DNA of 64,000 bases from the NCBI GenBank assembly GCA_002404755.1, contig DHKI01000014.1, positions 4,056 to 68,055 on the forward strand, read 5' to 3'. A program made the position numbers and the translations under genes. Of the stretch, positions 28,818 through 38,190 are shown piece after piece (the first letter of the stretch is position 1; the number at the start of each line of letters is the position of its first letter). Origin of the DNA: Clostridiales bacterium UBA4698. GTDB taxonomy: Bacteria > Bacillota > Clostridia > TANB77 > UBA1234. Under the pieces are notes generated by a model, which was given only the letters and a program-made list of their open reading frames with translations, was not told the DNA's origin and searched no databases.

Positions 28818-29777
28818 TTAATATCCAAATTCATCCAATGAGCATAATTCGTATCCTTGATTTCTAATCTCATCAATGACTTCTGGTAATAATGTTGTAT
28901 TATCTTTTGAAACAGCATGTAGTAACATTACACATCCATTATGGAGATTATTTAGTATCATCTTTTTAGCATATTCTAATCTATCTTGTTTTTTAACATC
29001 CCAATCATCATATGCTGCACTCCATAAAACTGTTGTATATCCTAAATCTTTGCATATTTTTACCGTTCTTTCACTATATTCCCCTTTCGGTGGTCTAATA
29101 TAGCTCATTTCATAATTGAAGTTTTCTTTAACATAGTCATGCAAATCCATAACTTCTTTTTTTACTTTTTCATCATCCAAAACTTCTGGCATACTAGGGT
29201 GATTTACAGTATGATTTCCAACTATATGCCCTTCATCAATCATTCTTTGTACTAGTTCTTTGTTTTGCTTTACATATGGCATTGTCACAAAAAATATTGC
29301 AGGAGCTTCCTTTTCTTTTAATGTATCTAAAATTTTTGTTGTATAGCCATTTTCATAGCCTTCGTCAAACGTTAAATATATTACTTTTTCATCCTTGTTT
29401 CCAACATAAATTCCGCCATACTCATCCAATGGTTTTACATAGTCTGCCGAAAACTCTGGTTGCATAGCATCTTTCATTCTTCTAAATCCCCATGCACATT
29501 TTGTGTTAGATAAGTTGCTTGTTGACGTTTCAATCACATCAACTTTTACATCTGGTTCTTTTTCTTCTTCTTTTTCATTTTCACCTGATGTTTTTTCAAT
29601 AGTTTGAATTAAATCATCTCCACTCTCACTTGCTGTGTTATTATTATTTTCTGTGCTTTCAATTTGGTTAATAGGTTCGTTATTTCCTTTATTCTCCGTA
29701 TTTTCTAAGTTTTCGTCATTCGACTTACACCCAACTAATACTAAGCAACAAAGAATAACTAGTAAGATTTTTTTCAT
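28818..29777 (-). CDS. Polysaccharide deacetylase lipoprotein (PdaA-like, NodB domain)
   Basis: Lipobox LVLVGC. NodB motifs YLTFDEGY and GNHTVNHPS. The start is set at MKKILLV, which has a GAGGAGG RBS. Confidence 0.75.
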   Translation of the reverse strand: MKKILLVILCCLVLVGCKSNDENLENTENKGNNEPINQIESTENNNNTASESGDDLIQTIEKTSGENEKEEEKEPDVKVDVIETSTSNLSNTKCAWGFRRMKDAMQPEFSADYVKPLDEYGGIYVGNKDEKVIYLTFDEGYENGYTTKILDTLKEKEAPAIFFVTMPYVKQNKELVQRMIDEGHIVGNHTVNHPSMPEVLDDEKVKKEVMDLHDYVKENFNYEMSYIRPPKGEYSERTVKICKDLGYTTVLWSAAYDDWDVKKQDRLEYAKKMILNNLHNGCVMLLHAVSKDNTTLLPEVIDEIRNQGYELCSLDEFGY

Positions 29778-29923
29778 ATCACCCCTCCTCAAAAATAATT
29801 CTAGCAGATTTATATTATTTGGTCAAAGTAATCTTTATTTTATATAATAATATGTTCTTTTTTTTCTCTTAATTACTATTAATCAAGTTAATTTTATTTA
29901 AATATAACTCATAAATTTAAAAT

Positions 29924-29946
29924 AGCCACCTTTGCATAAGGTGGCT
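29924..29946 (-). terminator. Terminator of the tiny Cys-rich gene
   Basis: agccacc (29924-30) pairs with ggtggct (29940-46). A T-run follows on the minus strand. Confidence 0.5.
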
Positions 29947-29962
29947 AAAACTTAAGTAATTT

Positions 29963-30073
29963 TAGTTATTTGTTGCTAATATTAGAAAGATTAAAACAAA
30001 AAATAAGAATTTGCTATTGCAGCAGCAATTTTCATTTGAATTGTTATTATTGCATCCGCAGCCTTCTCCCATT
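29963..30073 (-). CDS. Tiny Cys/Asn-rich peptide with a hydrophobic tail (36 aa)
   Basis: Sequence MGEGCGCNNNNSNENCCCNSKFLFFVLIFLILATNN with an AGGAGG RBS and its own terminator. Confidence 0.45.
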
Positions 30074-30106
30074 TTACTTTACCTCCTTTTAGCACTAAAT
30101 TTGGTA

Positions 30107-30340
30107 AGCTCGTTACTATTCAATCTTATATATTTTATCTTCGCAAAAAGTTTTCATTTTTTAGATTTCAAACAGCTTCGCCAAGCACTACGGATGTTCT
30201 TTAGCATGAGCAAGACATAAGACTTCAAAAGACAAGTCTTTATGCTAAGAACACCACATATTGCTAAGCGAAGAACTCGCCTTCAAAAATGAAAACTTTT
30301 TACTCGAACATATATAAGATTGAATAGTAATTCGAGCTTT
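30107..30340. repeat. 234-bp imperfect palindrome (long hairpin or MITE-like element)
   Basis: The arms 30107-30226 and 30236-30340 share perfect inverted blocks of 7, 21, 17, 6, about 11 and 7 nt. The centre is ataagactt-caaaagaca-agtctttat. Confidence 0.8.
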
Positions 30341-30430
30341 TACTTCTTTGCTACTTTATAGTATGCAAACCGCCTAAAAAGTGTTACAATATGTAAATAG
30401 AAATTTAACTTATATGAAAGGATTTTATTT

Positions 30431-32740
30431 ATGAACAAAGATATAGAATTACTTGCTCCGGCAGGTACTTATTACGCATTTTTAGCCGCTATAGAAAACG
30501 GTGCAGATGCCATATATTTAGGTGGAAAGCTTTTTAATGCACGTGCAAATGCTAGCAACTTTTCGCTTGAAGAGCTTGAAGAAATGGTTAAATTTGCTCA
30601 TTTAAGAAATGTAAAAATATATGTCACTTTAAATACTCTATTAAATAACGCAGAACTTGCAGAAGCTTTGGATTTTGCATATGATCTTTACAATATAAAC
30701 ATTGATGCAGTAATAGTACAAGATTTCGGGCTTGCAAAAGTCTTGCATGAATATATACCTGGCCTTGAACTACATGCAAGCACTCAAATGACAGTATACA
30801 ACCTAGCCGGCGTCAAAGAGCTTCAAAAAGTTGGCTTTAAAAGGGTGGTACTTGCTAGAGAATTATCTTTTGAAGAAATAAAAAATATATGTGATAATAC
30901 CGATGTTGAAATAGAAATTTTTATTCATGGTGCACTTTGTATCTCATACTCTGGTCAATGCCTTATGAGCAGTATGATTGGTGATAGAAGTGGAAATCGT
31001 GGAAAATGTGCTCAACCATGCAGACTTCCTTATACTCTGCTTAAAAACGATACTGAAGTTGCTAAAGGTTACCTACTTAGTCCAAAAGATTTATCTATGC
31101 TAGATTTAATATCTTCTATTCCAAATGTTAAATCGTTGAAAATAGAAGGCAGAATGAAATCACCTGAATATGTTGCAACAACAGTTAAAACATATAGAAA
31201 ATATATTGATAAATACCTAAATCACGAGGATTTTTCTATAAATGAAACTGACAGAAAAAATATCGTACAAATATTTAATCGTGGTGGCTTTACATCAGCA
31301 TACTTAAAGAAAAAACAAGGTAGCGATATGATGTGCTATGAAAAGCCTAAAAACTGGGGAATTTACATAGGTAAAGTTACTTCTTATGATGGAAAAAGAT
31401 ATATTGAAGTTTCTAATAAAGCAGAGCTTAATATCGGCGATGGTATCGAGATTTGGAATAATGAAAACACTCCTCCATCTACTATAATAAGTGAAATTGA
31501 AGGAAACAAGATTGGTAGAATACACGGAAATATACATGTTGGTGACAAAGTTTATAAGACATCTGATAAAAATTTAATGAAAGCCGCAAGAGAAAGTTTT
31601 TCTAGAAATTTCATTAAAAAATCACCTATTGATATGAAAGTTAAAATAAAAAAAGATGAGCCAATTTGCTTTGAAATAAACGGCATGCATTATAACTCTG
31701 ACACAATCCCTGACATAGCACAAAACAAACCTATAACTAAAGAGAAAGTTATAGAGCAATTATCTAAAACCGGTGATACACCTTTCAAGGTAGAAAACTT
31801 AGATTTAATCTTAGATGAAAATTTATTTTTACCAATAAGTACATTAAATGATTTAAGAAGAAATGCTTTAAAAAGTTATGAAGAATTCGTACTTAATAAT
31901 GTACACGATAAAGTTATTAAAAAGCCATTAGAAACAGATTTCAAGCGTTCTAGCAAGCAAATAAATAATGTAACACTATGCGTAAGAAATCTAAGCGAAG
32001 ATTACTTGAATCTAAAAAATGTTGACACAATTTATGTGCCTTTCAAAGAAGTACTAAAAAATAAAGAAACATTTGAAAAAGTGCCATTTAAGAAATACAT
32101 CATGCTACCTACTATAACTAAAAACAATTATGACATTTTAATCAAAAAGCATGTCTTGGAATTTTCAAAAATTTGTGATGGTTTCGTACTTTCAAATATT
32201 GGTCAACTAGAATATTTTAATGGAATTGATACTGATTTGATAGCAAATTATACTTTCAACATTTTTAACAACTACTCAATTGATTATTTAAGTAAGCTAG
32301 GCTTTTCAAAAATAACGCTATCACCTGAGCTTACAAAAGAACAAATAAATTCTTTATCTTATGCCATTCCAAGCGAACTTATGGTATATGGAGCTCAAAG
32401 AGTTATGACATCTGAGCATTGCCCGGTTGGAAATTTAATCGGCAAATTTAGTGGAAGCAATGCTTGCTCAAAGCCATGTATTAAAAATGATAAATTTTAT
32501 TTAAAAGATAGACTAGGAATGAAATTTGAAGTATTGCCAGATAACATAGACTGTGAGTCAACGATTTATAACTCAAAAATAACATCTATAGAATCGAAAG
32601 ATTTAAAAATAAATTCTATTAGAATTGATGTTACTGATGAGCCATTAAATGAAGTACAAAAAATAATTAACACTCATAAATCTGGTCAAAAAATGTCTGG
32701 TGAAAAATACACAAACGGACACATAGCAAGAAGTGTGTAG
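30431..32740 (+). CDS. Peptidase U32 family protein (long, collagenase-like form)
   Basis: U32 signature EIFIHGALCISYSGQCLMSS. 769 aa. Confidence 0.85.
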   Translation: MNKDIELLAPAGTYYAFLAAIENGADAIYLGGKLFNARANASNFSLEELEEMVKFAHLRNVKIYVTLNTLLNNAELAEALDFAYDLYNINIDAVIVQDFGLAKVLHEYIPGLELHASTQMTVYNLAGVKELQKVGFKRVVLARELSFEEIKNICDNTDVEIEIFIHGALCISYSGQCLMSSMIGDRSGNRGKCAQPCRLPYTLLKNDTEVAKGYLLSPKDLSMLDLISSIPNVKSLKIEGRMKSPEYVATTVKTYRKYIDKYLNHEDFSINETDRKNIVQIFNRGGFTSAYLKKKQGSDMMCYEKPKNWGIYIGKVTSYDGKRYIEVSNKAELNIGDGIEIWNNENTPPSTIISEIEGNKIGRIHGNIHVGDKVYKTSDKNLMKAARESFSRNFIKKSPIDMKVKIKKDEPICFEINGMHYNSDTIPDIAQNKPITKEKVIEQLSKTGDTPFKVENLDLILDENLFLPISTLNDLRRNALKSYEEFVLNNVHDKVIKKPLETDFKRSSKQINNVTLCVRNLSEDYLNLKNVDTIYVPFKEVLKNKETFEKVPFKKYIMLPTITKNNYDILIKKHVLEFSKICDGFVLSNIGQLEYFNGIDTDLIANYTFNIFNNYSIDYLSKLGFSKITLSPELTKEQINSLSYAIPSELMVYGAQRVMTSEHCPVGNLIGKFSGSNACSKPCIKNDKFYLKDRLGMKFEVLPDNIDCESTIYNSKITSIESKDLKINSIRIDVTDEPLNEVQKIINTHKSGQKMSGEKYTNGHIARSV

Positions 32741-32765
32741 AATAAGTCTTAGCGATACAAAATTA

Positions 32766-32801
32766 AGCCCAAACTGTTGTTTAATCTAACAGTCTGGGCT
32801 T
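32766..32801. terminator. Bidirectional terminator between convergent genes
   Basis: aagcccaaactgtt pairs with aacagtctgggctt with one mismatch. Confidence 0.55.
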
Positions 32802-32806
32802 TAATT

Positions 32807-33646
32807 TTAATATATTAAATTTCCAACTCTAACACCTTCAGCTTCTGCCATGTGCCATTTTCCATTTTCGAATCTCCATATTACTGTAACTTCATCTAAT
32901 ATGTCGTTATCTTCAAAAGCACAAATTCTTTGTGTTGTTTGTATTCCAGATTTGTCGCTTAGCTTTACTATTTCTACGATTGTAAAACCAGTTGTTGTAA
33001 CCTTTTTATTTTCACATATTATTTTCCCTGATTCATCTATTTTTTTAGAAGCTATGTAGTCGCTCTTTTTATCTGCTAAATCTAAATATAATTCTTTAGC
33101 TACCTTTCCACATCTTAAATGAGCCTTAACTCCATCAATTATTTCTCCGACAAATATTATGCCCCTATTCTCTCTTTGCCCCCATATATCTTTTAGTGTA
33201 TCTTCTCTAACCTCCACTACTCTTATGTTTTTGGTTTTATCATCATTTTCAAGAATTATAATAACATCCATTTTATCATCACCTGTTAGGTCGTTTAACA
33301 AAATTTTTGAATTCTGCCCACTAAAATTTTTAAGACTTGCTTTGGTAAAAGTTTGGTTTGCTGTGTCATATACAACCACATCTACTTTGTTCGACTTCAT
33401 TTCATTTGCTTCATCTTTTTCACCAATCAAAATAATCATGTCGTTTTCGCCATCGCCTGTAACATCTCCTATTTTATAATTTATAACATACATTTGATTT
33501 TGATATTCAATTTCGTTAAATTCATCTCCAACATTTAATTCAAGTGGCTTAAATTCGCTTTTCTCTTTATCACCAAGCGACATGTTAATAAATATAGTTG
33601 CAACTACCAGTAATATAGTAATAAACCAAACAGTTTTCATTTTCAT
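32807..33646 (-). CDS. N-terminally anchored protein with FG-GAP/VCBS-like Asp-rich repeats
   Basis: A TM anchor is followed by GDVTGDGENDMIIL and LNDLTGDDKMDVIII. Confidence 0.45.
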   Translation of the reverse strand: MKMKTVWFITILLVVATIFINMSLGDKEKSEFKPLELNVGDEFNEIEYQNQMYVINYKIGDVTGDGENDMIILIGEKDEANEMKSNKVDVVVYDTANQTFTKASLKNFSGQNSKILLNDLTGDDKMDVIIILENDDKTKNIRVVEVREDTLKDIWGQRENRGIIFVGEIIDGVKAHLRCGKVAKELYLDLADKKSDYIASKKIDESGKIICENKKVTTTGFTIVEIVKLSDKSGIQTTQRICAFEDNDILDEVTVIWRFENGKWHMAEAEGVRVGNLIY

Positions 33647-33705
33647 AAAAAACTCCTCCTTTATACTATAAGTATTAGGAGGAGTTTTTAAATATACATA
33701 TATTT

Positions 33706-34020
33706 TTAATATGGTAATGGATTCGAACTAAGCTTTATTATTAAGCCCATATTGTCATCCTTCGCTGCAATATTTTTTCTTATCGCACCACATTTCTTAC
33801 ACTTATATACGATTACATACCCTTTTTTAGGACTATTCTCTATTCCAATAGGCTCTAGCATTCCATGGCAATCTTCGGCTCTATCTCCTGGATTTATATC
33901 TACATGTTTTGCATATAAACAATATGGACAATGGTCCCTGCTTGTGTAATGTAATTTTGGAACTTCTTTTCCACAATTTTCACATATAAATTCTTCATCT
34001 ATCTCTGTAAAATTAGACAT
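33706..34020 (-). CDS. RNHCP domain protein
   Basis: CENCG...SRDHCPYCLY...CKKCG Zn-ribbon layout. 104 aa. Confidence 0.7.
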   Translation of the reverse strand: MSNFTEIDEEFICENCGKEVPKLHYTSRDHCPYCLYAKHVDINPGDRAEDCHGMLEPIGIENSPKKGYVIVYKCKKCGAIRKNIAAKDDNMGLIIKLSSNPLPY

Positions 34021-34034
34021 GTTTTTCTCTCTTT

Positions 34035-35681
34035 CTATCTATAAAAACATCCTCCGCCAATAAACTCTCTTATTATCGAATTTATCGGGATTTGTTCCGT
34101 GCTCATTGGCAAAAAGTATCCTAAAAATTCATAAAGTCTCTTAGCCTCTGAATATTCTGGATGTGTGTTATCCACTGCTGCAAGAAGTGGCTCTACATAA
34201 GATTTTAAAACTGCTGTTTCATATACTAAAGAAGAATTGAACATTACATCAGCATCTTCTTGATATGGGAATATATACTTTTCTTCGCCATTTCTAACTG
34301 ATGGCCACATCTGTATTGTGGCAATTGCATTATGACCTCTATACTTACTGTCTCTAAGCATTCTTCTTATAAGTCTTGAATCTGATGTCGAAACTCTATT
34401 ACAATCATCAACATTTAATGCCGTTAATGCACTAATATATATTTTAAATTTATTTTCTCTTGGTATAGATTTTGTAAGCTCTTCATTTAATCCATGAATT
34501 CCCTCTATAACAATTATTTCATTATCATTTAATTTAGCTGTATTACCTAAATATTTTCTATGACCTGTACTAAAATCAAATGTTGGCAAACTTATTTCTT
34601 CACCATTTAAAAGTGCTGATAATTGCTCATTGAATAAATTAACATCGATTGCCTCTAGACATTCAAAATCATAATTTCCATTTTCATCTTTTGGATTATG
34701 CTCTCTGTTTACAAAGTAGTTATCCATAGATAATGTAATTACTTTGTATCCATTGACTCTAAGTTGTATTCCTAATCTTTGAGCAAATGTTGTTTTTCCC
34801 GAAGATGATGGACCAGCTATCAAAACTATTTTCTTATTTTTATCAGCTGCAATCATATCAGCAATTTGTGCAATTTTCTTTTCGTGTAATGCTTCTGAAA
34901 TTCTAATAAGCTCTCCAACATTTCCGCTCTTTATCCAATTATTAAGCTCCGAAACATTTTCAACTTCTAATACTTTATGTATCTTATCGTACTCTGCAAA
35001 TGTATTGTATAGCTTTTTAGTTTCTTTTACCTGTATCACTTTTTTCGGATTATATCTTCTAGGATAAACCAACAATACTCCATTATCATATGATGTAAGT
35101 TCGAAATATTTTAGGCACTTAGTTGATATTGGCATTACTCCATAAAAATAATTATATGTCTCACCACAATAATATATTGATACATATGGCTTTGCTCTAT
35201 TTTCCATAAGTCCAATTCTATCTAATCTATTATTCTTTTTATATAATTCTTTTGCTTCATCAATAGTTAAAATCTTCTTTATAAATGGTAAGTCTTCTTT
35301 TATTATTTCGTTCATTCTATCAATTACTTTCGTAACCATTTCATCTGTAATCTCAGTACCATCAGCAGACTCGCAATATATTGAATGACCTAAGCAATAA
35401 TTTACTATAATTCGATAATCAGGATATAACTCCTCAAAAGCCTTAAGCATAACAAATGTTAGTCCTCTAACATAAATTCTATTACCATCAGCAGTTGTAT
35501 AATCAACAAGCTCCAAATCACAATCTTTTTCTATTTTAGTTTCTAATGATTTTACTTCATTAAAAAGCTTGCATGCCATTATTTCATCTTCATCAACATT
35601 CAAATTTTTTCTTATAAAATCTATGACTTTAGTTCCCTCTGAAGTATCATAATCCAATCCGTCAAATGTAACCTTAACCAT
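34035..35681 (-). CDS. Nucleoside (uridine)-kinase-like protein with a TGS/ThrRS-like N-terminal region
   Basis: Walker A IAGPSSSGKTTFAQRL in the C-terminal half. The start is set at MVKVTFDG, which has an AAGGAGG RBS. Confidence 0.7.
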   Translation of the reverse strand: MVKVTFDGLDYDTSEGTKVIDFIRKNLNVDEDEIMACKLFNEVKSLETKIEKDCDLELVDYTTADGNRIYVRGLTFVMLKAFEELYPDYRIIVNYCLGHSIYCESADGTEITDEMVTKVIDRMNEIIKEDLPFIKKILTIDEAKELYKKNNRLDRIGLMENRAKPYVSIYYCGETYNYFYGVMPISTKCLKYFELTSYDNGVLLVYPRRYNPKKVIQVKETKKLYNTFAEYDKIHKVLEVENVSELNNWIKSGNVGELIRISEALHEKKIAQIADMIAADKNKKIVLIAGPSSSGKTTFAQRLGIQLRVNGYKVITLSMDNYFVNREHNPKDENGNYDFECLEAIDVNLFNEQLSALLNGEEISLPTFDFSTGHRKYLGNTAKLNDNEIIVIEGIHGLNEELTKSIPRENKFKIYISALTALNVDDCNRVSTSDSRLIRRMLRDSKYRGHNAIATIQMWPSVRNGEEKYIFPYQEDADVMFNSSLVYETAVLKSYVEPLLAAVDNTHPEYSEAKRLYEFLGYFLPMSTEQIPINSIIREFIGGGCFYR

Positions 35682-35830
35682 ACTCATTCCTCCTTTGTAT
35701 ACAAAAACCTGCACACAATTATATTTTATATAATTATATGCAGGTAGTCAACTAAATAACCTTGCGTTACAAATAAAAAAATACCTATTACATATTTCTA
35801 AAACAGCTTTTTTTCACTTCTACATTAAAG

Positions 35831-36109
35831 TTAATTTTTCAATACGAGTTTTTTCCCGTTTTTAGTATATTTTATTGTAGTACAATTATTCAGACGTCCT
35901 CTATCTATCACACTATTTTCAATAGCATTTTGAGCAATCTTTATCAAAGCTCCATGTGTGACTATCAAAATCCTTTTTCCACTGTATTTTTTCATAATTT
36001 CTTTCAAAAAATTTACGATTCTTATTTCTGCCTCCTTATCAGTTTCATTTCCATCTTGTTTTTTGTTACCCCAACCTCTTTCTAACAATCTTTTAATTTG
36101 TTCTAACAT
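35831..36109 (-). pseudogene. C-terminal fragment of a second histidine-phosphatase paralogue
   Basis: Contains only the distal His motif (ILIVTHGALIK) and no RHG motif. It overlaps the upstream gene by 17 nt. Confidence 0.4.
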
Positions 36110-36632
36110 AGTTATTGTTAGACAGATATGCCTTTAAATTGCTAATAGCCGCACTATGTGTAATAACAGCAATTCTTTTATATCTCGTTTCTTTACATAC
36201 CTCAATCAGAAAATTTATCATTCTTTCATTTAAAGCATTTATACTTTCACCACCATCAATAGCCAAACTATGGTTAGCAAAACATTTACGCACATTTTCC
36301 TGATTAATAAATTCATCTTTTTTCAAGCCTTGATACTTTCCCATATTTAATCCCCTAATCTTTTCACTATAAAATACAGGTAAGTGAAGAAATTTGTTAG
36401 CCAAATTAGCTGTATCAGCAGCTCTTTCTAAATCAGAAGAAAAAATCGCTTCAATTCGGTTTTCTTGCAAACTATTAGATATCTCTTCAATCTGCTCATA
36501 ACCATGCTTAGTAAAATATATGTTAGCATTTTTTAATTGCCCAGTAATTCTATCCTCAACATTCCAATTAGTTTCACCATGTCTGTACAAAAATATCATT
36601 TTTGATTTGTTATCCATTTCATTTTCAGACAT
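36093..36632 (-). CDS. Histidine phosphatase family protein (PGAM/CobC-like)
   Basis: Motifs LYRHGETNWN and AVITHSAAI. Confidence 0.75.
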   Translation of the reverse strand: MSENEMDNKSKMIFLYRHGETNWNVEDRITGQLKNANIYFTKHGYEQIEEISNSLQENRIEAIFSSDLERAADTANLANKFLHLPVFYSEKIRGLNMGKYQGLKKDEFINQENVRKCFANHSLAIDGGESINALNERMINFLIEVCKETRYKRIAVITHSAAISNLKAYLSNNNYVRTN

Positions 36633-36647
36633 ATAACCTCCATTTTA

Positions 36648-37169
36648 TTATTTTTCGCTATTATACCATTCTTTTGCTCTTGCTAGTAAATCAGTAACGT
36701 ATCCGCTTTTAATTGCTTTATACTCTTTTCTATCCGTAATTCCTTTAGTTATAATCTCATTTTTAAAATCGGAATATTTTTGTGCCTCATCTTTGTTTTG
36801 TATCAAGTATTCTTTAAGAATAATAAAATCTAAATATCTTTCTGTATCAGAAATAACTAAATGAATATGGATGTCACCCGAACCAGTTTCAGACGCTGTT
36901 GAAGAAAAAAACTGATATACTTCATCTCTGCTTTTTTTGCTAGCTACAAAACCTTTTTCTTCTAAAATTTTGATAATTTTTTCAAACTCTTCTGAATTCT
37001 TCGCACCCACTAGTATGTCTATTATATTTTTTCCATACATATTTGGAATAGCTGTGGAACCAACTTGCGTTATCGGTATGGATGCACCTAATTCTTCCCT
37101 CAAATTTTTTTCTATCGCATTATACAACTTTTTATTTTCTAAGTAATTCTGTTTTACAAGTGTTACCAT
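36648..37169 (-). CDS. GrpB (UPF0157) family protein
   Basis: Motifs VGSTAIPNMYGKNIIDILVG and IHIHLV. Confidence 0.7.
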   Translation of the reverse strand: MVTLVKQNYLENKKLYNAIEKNLREELGASIPITQVGSTAIPNMYGKNIIDILVGAKNSEEFEKIIKILEEKGFVASKKSRDEVYQFFSSTASETGSGDIHIHLVISDTERYLDFIILKEYLIQNKDEAQKYSDFKNEIITKGITDRKEYKAIKSGYVTDLLARAKEWYNSEK

Positions 37170-37211
37170 AATATTAACTTTCTCCCATACTAAGTTTATT
37201 ATATAAATCTT

Positions 37212-37679
37212 TTACACTTTTTCAAGTTGTCCAAATGAATTAAATGGTAATTCTTCATTTGCAAAATATTTATACCACAAAGGGCGATAATTCTCCCATC
37301 TTTTTGGTCTATACTTGACATCTTTAAATATTTTTTCTAACTGTATTCTACTTTCTAAATAATATGACAATCTTTTTGCTTCTGCCTCCATAACATTTGC
37401 TTGTCCAATTGTTTGTGTTTGATACACATTAACAATCGGAAAATGATTAAAACTCTCTTTTAAAAATTTAAATCCATTAACCATATCTTCTATAGTATCC
37501 AAACCAGAAATATATGATATTGTAGTTTTTATATTATGTTTTTTGGCTAATTCAAGAGTATTTCTAGCATCATTAACTGTTATCAACGATTTAGTTTTTG
37601 ACAAAAGCAACTCACGTTTTGAAAAATTATCAAGAGCATATATGAGTGAAAATTTTCCTAGTCGTAGAAGCATATCCAT
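37212..37679 (-). pseudogene. C-terminal remnant of a radical-SAM/TIM-barrel-type enzyme
   Basis: LELAKKHNIKTTISYISGLDTIEDM resembles the distal half of a radical SAM core. There is no CxxxCxxC region and no RBS. It overlaps the PHP ORF by 50 nt. Confidence 0.3.
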
Positions 37680-38097
37680 GCTGTATCATATATCTGACTA
37701 TGTCACGTTTACTAATTATATCAGAAGTCATTACATCTTCTACGCCTTTTATGGATATATCCACACCTTCTTCTTTCAAAATTCTAATCGTCTGCTCTGC
37801 ACCACTTTTATTAAGCTCCCTATACCTACGTAAAAAGCTGTCAACCGCAATAAGATTCTTCACTCCATATCCCAATAAATGCATTCCAGAAACATTAGTT
37901 GCAACTTCCACACCTGCTATAACCTTCATGCCATACCGCAAACTCAAATCTTCTACTTCGCTAAGATTTTCTATAGTGTCATGATCAGTAATTGCAATCT
38001 CATCAAGTTTTAGCCTTGATGCCATTGATAAAATCTCTTCCAGAGTAAAATCGCCATCTGAATATGTGGTATGCACATGCAAATCAACTTTCATCAT
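37630..38097 (-). CDS. PHP-domain phosphoesterase, apparently C-terminally truncated
   Basis: VDLHVHTTYSDG and IAITDHDT are present. It is only 155 aa and lacks the distal His and Asp motifs. Confidence 0.5.
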   Translation of the reverse strand: MMKVDLHVHTTYSDGDFTLEEILSMASRLKLDEIAITDHDTIENLSEVEDLSLRYGMKVIAGVEVATNVSGMHLLGYGVKNLIAVDSFLRRYRELNKSGAEQTIRILKEEGVDISIKGVEDVMTSDIISKRDIVRYMIQHGYASTTRKIFTHICS

Positions 38098-38190
38098 AAG
38101 TAACCTCCATAAATTATTATCAGAGTGTATTCTTCACTTGTAGACACTTAACGTATTTTATATCAATCTTTAATATCTTTCAATTTTGTT

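Noticed and set aside
30011-30220. 69-aa + strand ORF.
   Set aside because: It is antisense to the RBS-bearing tiny Cys-peptide gene and extends into the left arm of the palindrome. It has no RBS.
30140-30330. Mirror-image mini-ORFs in the two palindrome arms (MKTFCEDKIYKIE and MKTFYSNIYKIE).
   Set aside because: Neither has a Shine-Dalgarno sequence. Their similarity is a trivial consequence of the inverted duplication.
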